Below are positions 58,660 through 64,000 of a DNA stretch of 64,000 bases, in pieces. Origin of the DNA: Bacteroidota bacterium (GTDB taxonomy: Bacteria > Bacteroidota > Bacteroidia > UKL13-3); contig CANJUD010000004.1 of NCBI GenBank assembly GCA_947477885.1, positions 36,997 through 100,996 of the forward strand, written 5' to 3'. Each line of letters opens with the position of its first letter. The stretch's first letter is position 1. A program made the translations under genes and the position numbers. The notes beneath the pieces are model-generated. The model saw only the letters and a list, made by a program, of their open reading frames with translations, had not been told where the DNA came from and made no database searches.

Positions 58660-59295
58660 TTAGTTGGTTGGAACATGCACCCCATCAGTATATCTTGTAG
58701 TAGTAGCAATCTTAGGTTCAAGCACTCTCCCTATCCCAACAAATCGTTGGCGATACCAAGCTTGATCTAGAGAATCTAATCGAATACCGATATTGCTGGC
58801 TGAATGTATAAACCAAATTTTTCCACCGTCAGTCGATGCGACAATTCCGCTGTGGCTTATATAGTAGCTTCGGGTTCTTTTATTGTAATATCCGAAATAT
58901 ATAATATCACCTTTTTGAGCAGTTTCATTAGTTTGGGGAATACTCACTTTTCTTTGCTGCCCTGCCTCATGTGGCAATTTGTATCCAAAGCGTTTAAAGC
59001 AATATAATACGAATCCTGAACAGTCAAATCCCCTTGCATCTGCACCTCCATATCGGTATCTAATTCCTAAATGACTTTTGGCGAAACTGTATAAACTATC
59101 GCCCGTTGTTGAATCGTTAGGGCTGTAAATATTTTTAGTAACGGAATTCGTATCTGAGAATGCGCGAACTGTAACCTTATGATTTACTTTACGTTTTTGA
59201 TAAGTCTTTTTGTGTTTTTTGCTTTGTGCATTACCTACAAAAGCAAGTGATAAAGCAAATAAAAATAATATTATATTCTTAACTTTTTTGTTCAT
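58660..59295 (-). CDS. NlpC/P60 family cell-wall peptidase
   Basis: YRYGG...GFDCSG, HSGI, FIHSA. Confidence 0.92.
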   Translation of the reverse strand: MNKKVKNIILFLFALSLAFVGNAQSKKHKKTYQKRKVNHKVTVRAFSDTNSVTKNIYSPNDSTTGDSLYSFAKSHLGIRYRYGGADARGFDCSGFVLYCFKRFGYKLPHEAGQQRKVSIPQTNETAQKGDIIYFGYYNKRTRSYYISHSGIVASTDGGKIWFIHSASNIGIRLDSLDQAWYRQRFVGIGRVLEPKIATTTRYTDGVHVPTN

Positions 59296-59419
59296 TTATT
59301 AATTCCCGTGCAAAGATAGAGCTAAATATCAAACAAATAGAAACCAAGTGTTTGCAAACAAAAAAATAGACTCCGCAATGACAGATTTTCCCTTATTTGG
59401 ACTATCTTTGCCGTTCATT

Positions 59420-60256
59420 TTGAAACGGGTACCCCAAAATATTAATGTGTTAGTTTTGTGTTTCTTATTGTTGGCTGCCTCGTGCAAAACAGAATACAGC
59501 CGCATTAGCAAAGACCCTGACATGCAAAAAAAGTTGGAATTTGCGCATAAATACTACAAAGAAAAAGAGTTTGAAAAAGCGATGGTATTGTTCGACCAAG
59601 TGTCGGCCTTTATTACGGGACAAAAAGAGCAAGAGGAAATACAATTTTACATTGCCTATTGTAATTACAATATGGGCAATTACGATTTGGCATCCTACCT
59701 TTTTAAATCATATCACGAAAACTACCCAAGTTCAAAAAATGCTGAAGAATGTTATTATATGTATGCTTATAGCCATTATATATCTTCTCAAGGATCTGAA
59801 TTGGACCCAACCAATAACTATAAAGCTATAGAAGAATTGCAATCGTTTATAAATATATATCCGGATAGTAAACATGTTGAAGAATCGAACAAATGCATTG
59901 ATAAGTTGCGCAGTATTATGGCGACAAAGGCTTACAATAATGCGAAACTGTACTATAAAATAGAAGACTACAAAGCTGCCATTGTTGCAATTAGAAATGC
60001 GATTAAAGCCTGGCCTGATATTGAACAGCGGGAAGAAATGGAATACCTAGTAGTGAAATCGTATTACCTCTTAGCATTGAACAGTGCTGAGTATTCTGAA
60101 GAAGATGGAAAAATTAAAAAGATAAAATTGGAACGCTACCAAAGTATGATAGAAGCTTATTTATTGTTTAAAGAAATTTACAAGGAAAGCAACTACATGG
60201 ATGAACTGATAAGCTATTATAATAAAACTCAAAAAGAAATAAAAAAACTAAGTTAA
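59420..60256 (+). CDS. bamD: Outer membrane protein assembly factor BamD
   Basis: Lipobox AASC, TPRs, LQSFINIYP; precedes rpoZ; TTG start after a TATCTTTG box. Confidence 0.9.
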   Translation: MKRVPQNINVLVLCFLLLAASCKTEYSRISKDPDMQKKLEFAHKYYKEKEFEKAMVLFDQVSAFITGQKEQEEIQFYIAYCNYNMGNYDLASYLFKSYHENYPSSKNAEECYYMYAYSHYISSQGSELDPTNNYKAIEELQSFINIYPDSKHVEESNKCIDKLRSIMATKAYNNAKLYYKIEDYKAAIVAIRNAIKAWPDIEQREEMEYLVVKSYYLLALNSAEYSEEDGKIKKIKLERYQSMIEAYLLFKEIYKESNYMDELISYYNKTQKEIKKLS

Positions 60257-60268
60257 TACATTTTAATT

Positions 60269-60598
60269 ATGCCAAACCCAAACAAGAACGTAACAACCAC
60301 TACAATTCCTCGCGATTTACGAAGCATGGAAGAAGCCACAGGCAATCTTTACGAGAGCATTGTGATTATTTCTAAACGTGCCAATCAAATTGCTGCTCAA
60401 ACCAAAGAAGAAATCCACACAAAAATTTCTTCATTCCACCACGATAGTGATACTTTAGAAGAAGTATTTGAAAATCGCGAACAAATTGAAATGTCTATGA
60501 CTTATGAAAGACAACCCAAGCCCACTTTGGTTGCCATTGAAGAGTTCTTAGATAAAAAAGTTTATCACCGCAACCCTCTCAGAGATACGCAAGAGTAA
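60269..60598 (+). CDS. rpoZ: RNA polymerase omega subunit
   Basis: TGNLYESIVIISKRANQI, EEVFENREQIE, PKPT. Confidence 0.92.
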   Translation: MPNPNKNVTTTTIPRDLRSMEEATGNLYESIVIISKRANQIAAQTKEEIHTKISSFHHDSDTLEEVFENREQIEMSMTYERQPKPTLVAIEEFLDKKVYHRNPLRDTQE

Positions 60599-60614
60599 AA
60601 ATTATTATAATATT

Positions 60615-60646
60615 AAAGGGGCTCAGCAACACGGGCCTCTTTTTTT
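60615..60646 (+). terminator. Terminator-like hairpin between rpoZ and coaBC
   Basis: aggggctc...gggcctct followed by a T tract. Confidence 0.55.
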
Positions 60647-60651
60647 GTTAA

Positions 60652-61866
60652 ATGAACTTAAGCGAAAAAAAAATATTGCTTGGTATCACTGGCAGCATTG
60701 CAGCCTACAAGATACCTATGCTAATTAGGGAGTTGAAAAAGCAAGGTGCCGATGTAAAAGTTATCTGCACACACGATGCTTTAAATTTTGTTACAGCCCC
60801 TACCCTGTCTACATTATCATGCAATCCAGTGTATTCCGATTTTATTAAGAATGTAAATGGAGAATGGGCTAACCATGTAGATCTTGCACTGTGGGCTGAT
60901 ACTATATTAATAGCACCAGCAACTGCAAACACGATAGCTAAACTAGCCAACGGACAATCGGACAATTTGCTGATTGCAGCCGCAATGTCTGCCAGCTGCC
61001 CTATTATTGTTGCTCCTGCAATGGATCATGATATGTATATCTATCCAGCAACTCAAAATAATATCGCCAAGCTAAAATCTTATGGGCATTATATTATAAA
61101 TCCAGAACATGGAGAACTAGCCAGTGGTATTATAGGCGAAGGTCGTTTGCCAGAAGAACGCACTATCATAAACCATATACAGCAAGTATTAACAACTCCT
61201 AAAAAATTTACTGGAAACACCGTATTAATTACCGCGGGCCCTACACAGGAAGCTATTGACCCCGTGCGTTACATTAGCAACCATTCAACTGGAAAAATGG
61301 GGATTTCATTGGCAAAGGAATTTGCATTTCATGGAGCGAAAGTTATTTTTGTGCACGGGCCTATCTTCATGCAACCAAATTCGGTATTTGGAGGTCTAGA
61401 TATTGAAGCTATTGAGACTGTTGATGGCGAGCAAATGGATAAAGCGGTATCAAAATTCTTTAAATCTTCCGATATTTGTATTATGGCTGCGGCAGTTGCT
61501 GATTATAAACCCAATATTGTTTCTATCAAGAAGATAAAAAAGGGATCTGACACCGCGAAGTTAGAACTTGTTAAAACTACCGATATATTATATAACTTGG
61601 GTAAAAATAAAAAGAAAGGCCAAACACTTGTAGGATTTGCTCTTGAGACCGACCACGAAGAAAAAAATGCAATTTCGAAACTGCAGAAAAAAGACTTGGA
61701 TATGATAGTGTTGAATTCATTGAACAACAAAGGAGCTGGATTTAAATACAATACCAATCAGGTAACCATGATATGCAAAAACGGAGAGAAACTAAAAACA
61801 CCACTTAAAAATAAAAATGAAATAGCTCTGGATATTCTAAATCAAATTTATAAAATAAGGTTATGA
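60652..61866 (+). CDS. coaBC: Phosphopantothenoylcysteine decarboxylase/synthetase
   Basis: GITGSIAAYK, APATAN, TAGPT..IDPVRY..NHSTGKMG, GFALET. Confidence 0.96.
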   Translation: MNLSEKKILLGITGSIAAYKIPMLIRELKKQGADVKVICTHDALNFVTAPTLSTLSCNPVYSDFIKNVNGEWANHVDLALWADTILIAPATANTIAKLANGQSDNLLIAAAMSASCPIIVAPAMDHDMYIYPATQNNIAKLKSYGHYIINPEHGELASGIIGEGRLPEERTIINHIQQVLTTPKKFTGNTVLITAGPTQEAIDPVRYISNHSTGKMGISLAKEFAFHGAKVIFVHGPIFMQPNSVFGGLDIEAIETVDGEQMDKAVSKFFKSSDICIMAAAVADYKPNIVSIKKIKKGSDTAKLELVKTTDILYNLGKNKKKGQTLVGFALETDHEEKNAISKLQKKDLDMIVLNSLNNKGAGFKYNTNQVTMICKNGEKLKTPLKNKNEIALDILNQIYKIRL

Positions 61867-62771
61867 AAAAATTGGTGCAACTATATATAGTGTTCGTGTC
61901 GTTATTGTGCAACAACGTAACTGCCCAAGAACTGAATGCAAAAGTTACCATCAATGCAGAAAAGTTAGGGACAGTGCCTGATAAAACAATTTTTAAAGAC
62001 ATGGAAAAGGCCATCACAGAATTTTTGAACAACAGGAAATGGACCAATGATCAATATCAATTAGTTGAACGAATTAACTGTACCTTTTTTATCAATTTAA
62101 CGGAGATGGCCACCGATGTTTTTAAAGCTGAAGTTGATATACAAAGTACGAGACCCATATATAATAGCAATTACACATCGGCCGTGTTTTTTACGCTTGA
62201 TAAGGATTGGTTATTTAAATATAGCCGGTATGAAAATTTGGAATTTAACGAAAATCAATTTAGCTCTAACTTTACCAGCATGCTCGCTTTCTACGCATAT
62301 GTTATTATTGGAATGGACTATGATAGTTATGCTTTAGAAGGCGGAACTTCTAATTTTATTAAAGCTCAGCAAATCGTAAACCAAGCTTCTACTGCATCTG
62401 AACCAGGATGGTTGTCATCAACAGGAACACAAAGTAAAAACCGCTATTGGCTTATCGAAAATTTACTTAATGCCAGATACAAACCATTTCATGAAGCAAT
62501 GAACCAATATTATCGCAAAGGAATGGACGAGATGCACAAAGACTTAGATGGTGCCCGCAAAGAAATTTCCAGTGCCCTTACCCAAATAAAAACTGTTTGG
62601 AAACTATCACCCAACCTTTTTTTATTACAGTTGTTTTTCTTTACCAAATCGGAAGAAATTGTGAACATTTATAAGGATGCATTGCCTGCAGACAAAAACA
62701 AAATAGTAGAATTGCTCAATGAGATAAATGTGCAAAATGCCACAAAATGGCAGCAGATATTGGGCAAATGA
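61863..62771 (+). CDS. porD: DUF4835 / PorD T9SS protein
   Basis: AQELNAKV, FLNNRKWT, FYAYVIIGMDYDS; conserved position after coaBC. Confidence 0.85.
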   Translation: MKKLVQLYIVFVSLLCNNVTAQELNAKVTINAEKLGTVPDKTIFKDMEKAITEFLNNRKWTNDQYQLVERINCTFFINLTEMATDVFKAEVDIQSTRPIYNSNYTSAVFFTLDKDWLFKYSRYENLEFNENQFSSNFTSMLAFYAYVIIGMDYDSYALEGGTSNFIKAQQIVNQASTASEPGWLSSTGTQSKNRYWLIENLLNARYKPFHEAMNQYYRKGMDEMHKDLDGARKEISSALTQIKTVWKLSPNLFLLQLFFFTKSEEIVNIYKDALPADKNKIVELLNEINVQNATKWQQILGK

Positions 62772-62792
62772 TTTATTAAATAACTCCAGAAA

Positions 62793-63302
62793 ATGTATCT
62801 AAAATCAATATATTATACCATTTTGATTTTAGGTATATTAAGCGGTTCTTACACCCCTATCCATGCTCAAAAAGGGAAAAATAGCTCCTATCAAGAGTGG
62901 TTCAGTTTGGGTTATGGATACACTGCAAAGATTGGAAAGAACGACTTATTGGGAAACACTTTTGGCCCCTCGTTCAATATTAAACCTCGCAATACAAGTT
63001 ATATGCATCATATAGGTTTGCAATATACCAAAGCTTTTACGGGTGCATCTATATTGTCCATCGATTATGGATTGGGCTTACCCTATTTCAAATCCAATAA
63101 ATTCCTTATGTGGGGTATCACTGCCCTGTCGGTTCTTAAGGCAGAGCTTTACTACTCCAGTGCTGCTTATGTAGGTGTTAACCTAAAAGTAGGTGCGGCA
63201 TGGTTTTTTGTAAAAGAAGCGGGTGTGGGTATTGAGATTTTTTCCAATATCAATTCATTTCACAACATGCATGGTGCAAGGATTCTGCTAATACTGAAGT
63301 AG
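62793..63302 (+). CDS. Hypothetical secreted beta-barrel-like protein
   Basis: Signal peptide; alternating hydrophobic strands. Confidence 0.6.
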   Translation: MYLKSIYYTILILGILSGSYTPIHAQKGKNSSYQEWFSLGYGYTAKIGKNDLLGNTFGPSFNIKPRNTSYMHHIGLQYTKAFTGASILSIDYGLGLPYFKSNKFLMWGITALSVLKAELYYSSAAYVGVNLKVGAAWFFVKEAGVGIEIFSNINSFHNMHGARILLILK

Positions 63303-63584
63303 GATTTAGGGGTCAGGTTCCGAAGTTTCGGAACGGGATTCGGGGGGCTGACGCGACAATTGTTAGGCTCATTCAATATTTCGTCCCTATATGACTTTGC
63401 TATTAATCGCTATTTTTTTTCTACCGATATCACGTCGCGATGAGACTTCCCCTGTTACCTGTTATTTGTTAGATTTTTGCGTAATTCCCCGAATCCTGAC
63501 TACTGAATCCCGAATCCCATCTAGGTGTGTGTAGCCTGTGCGTAATTCCCTGAATCCCGAATTCTGAATCCCGAATCCCAATCC
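63301..63584. repeat. Composite repeat region: GGGATTC/GAATCCC heptamer arms, GTTCCGAA-TTCGGAAC palindrome, partial GCTGACGC core and 42-nt direct repeat
   Basis: Direct repeat 63478-63519 / 63539-63580; palindrome 63317-63334; caatatttcgtccc/cgatatcacgtcgc degenerate pair. Confidence 0.65.
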
Positions 63585-63604
63585 ATATCTTCGCAACCCA
63601 TAAA

Positions 63605-64000
63605 ATGTCAGAAATAACCTCTAAAGAAATTTTATTAAAACGTGTAAGGCAGGCGTTAGCGGAAAAGACCAAAAACCCTTTCCCCGATGTAGAATTGGAT
63701 TCTTCAGTATACCGCGAATTCGATACTGATTTGGCAGTAGAGTTTGCTGAAAACTACACACTAGCAAAAGGCTCATTTGTATATAATGTCCATATATTTG
63801 AAGCGATAGATAATTTTATTTCTTTAAATGAGAATAAACGATGGACCAAATTAGTTTGTAAGGATGATACGCTTACTAAAAGATTTGCTGATACAGGAAT
63901 CGAGTTTCAAAAGAATCATAAAAGTGGTGACTTTATAGATGCATTTGTTATTTCATGCGAATGCTTAGTGTCAAAAACAGGTTCAATAGTAATTAGCACC
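63605..64000 (+). CDS. LUD/LutC (lactate utilisation C-like) protein, 3' partial
   Basis: MSEITSKEILLKRVRQAL...F.EN....G.F...CECLVSKTGSIV; open to the window end. Confidence 0.8.
   Translation, partial: MSEITSKEILLKRVRQALAEKTKNPFPDVELDSSVYREFDTDLAVEFAENYTLAKGSFVYNVHIFEAIDNFISLNENKRWTKLVCKDDTLTKRFADTGIEFQKNHKSGDFIDAFVISCECLVSKTGSIVIST

Noticed and set aside
19947..63584. Heptamer and REP repeats as a CRISPR array
   Set aside because: No regularly spaced 23-47-nt repeats with unique spacers, and no cas genes
1..64000. tRNA, rRNA or IS transposase genes
   Set aside because: No cloverleaf/T-loop signature, rRNA-like tract or transposase motif was recognised by eye; small ncRNAs cannot be excluded without an Infernal/Rfam search

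Overview
AT-rich chromosomal window from a Bacteroidota-type bacterium. Supporting signs are TAnnTTTG -7 promoter boxes with short SD-less leaders, T9SS genes (porE-, porD-, gldN-like) and the bamD-rpoZ-coaBC-porD order. It holds about 58 CDS, mostly housekeeping and envelope genes (pdxH, hmgL, acpH, hmgA, lgt, fur, mpl, clpB, tamB, tsaD, ispE, sua5, cmk, bamD, rpoZ, coaBC). I found no rRNA, tRNA, CRISPR array or integrase/transposase. The most notable region is a ~4.6-kb integrase-less island bounded by two copies of the last 43 codons of clpB; 14 of the 15 differing codons are synonymous. It carries an uncharacterised PD-(D/E)XK-like nuclease coupled to a WYL regulator, a stand-alone DnaE finger-domain homologue, and an XRE-ImmA/IrrE plus PIN pair, which together suggest a candidate defence/stress cassette. 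Other oddities: an ORF6N gene whose coding sequence contains a perfect palindrome with a near-copy in its own upstream region; a second paralog of the island nuclease upstream of ispE; nested REP-like palindromes, two of them incorporated into proteins (AsmA, ClpB tail); hairpins with interchangeable heptamer arms around a conserved 19-nt core; and two pseudogenes (hicA and a beta-barrel-like gene). All family assignments come from motif recognition by eye; no database search was run.
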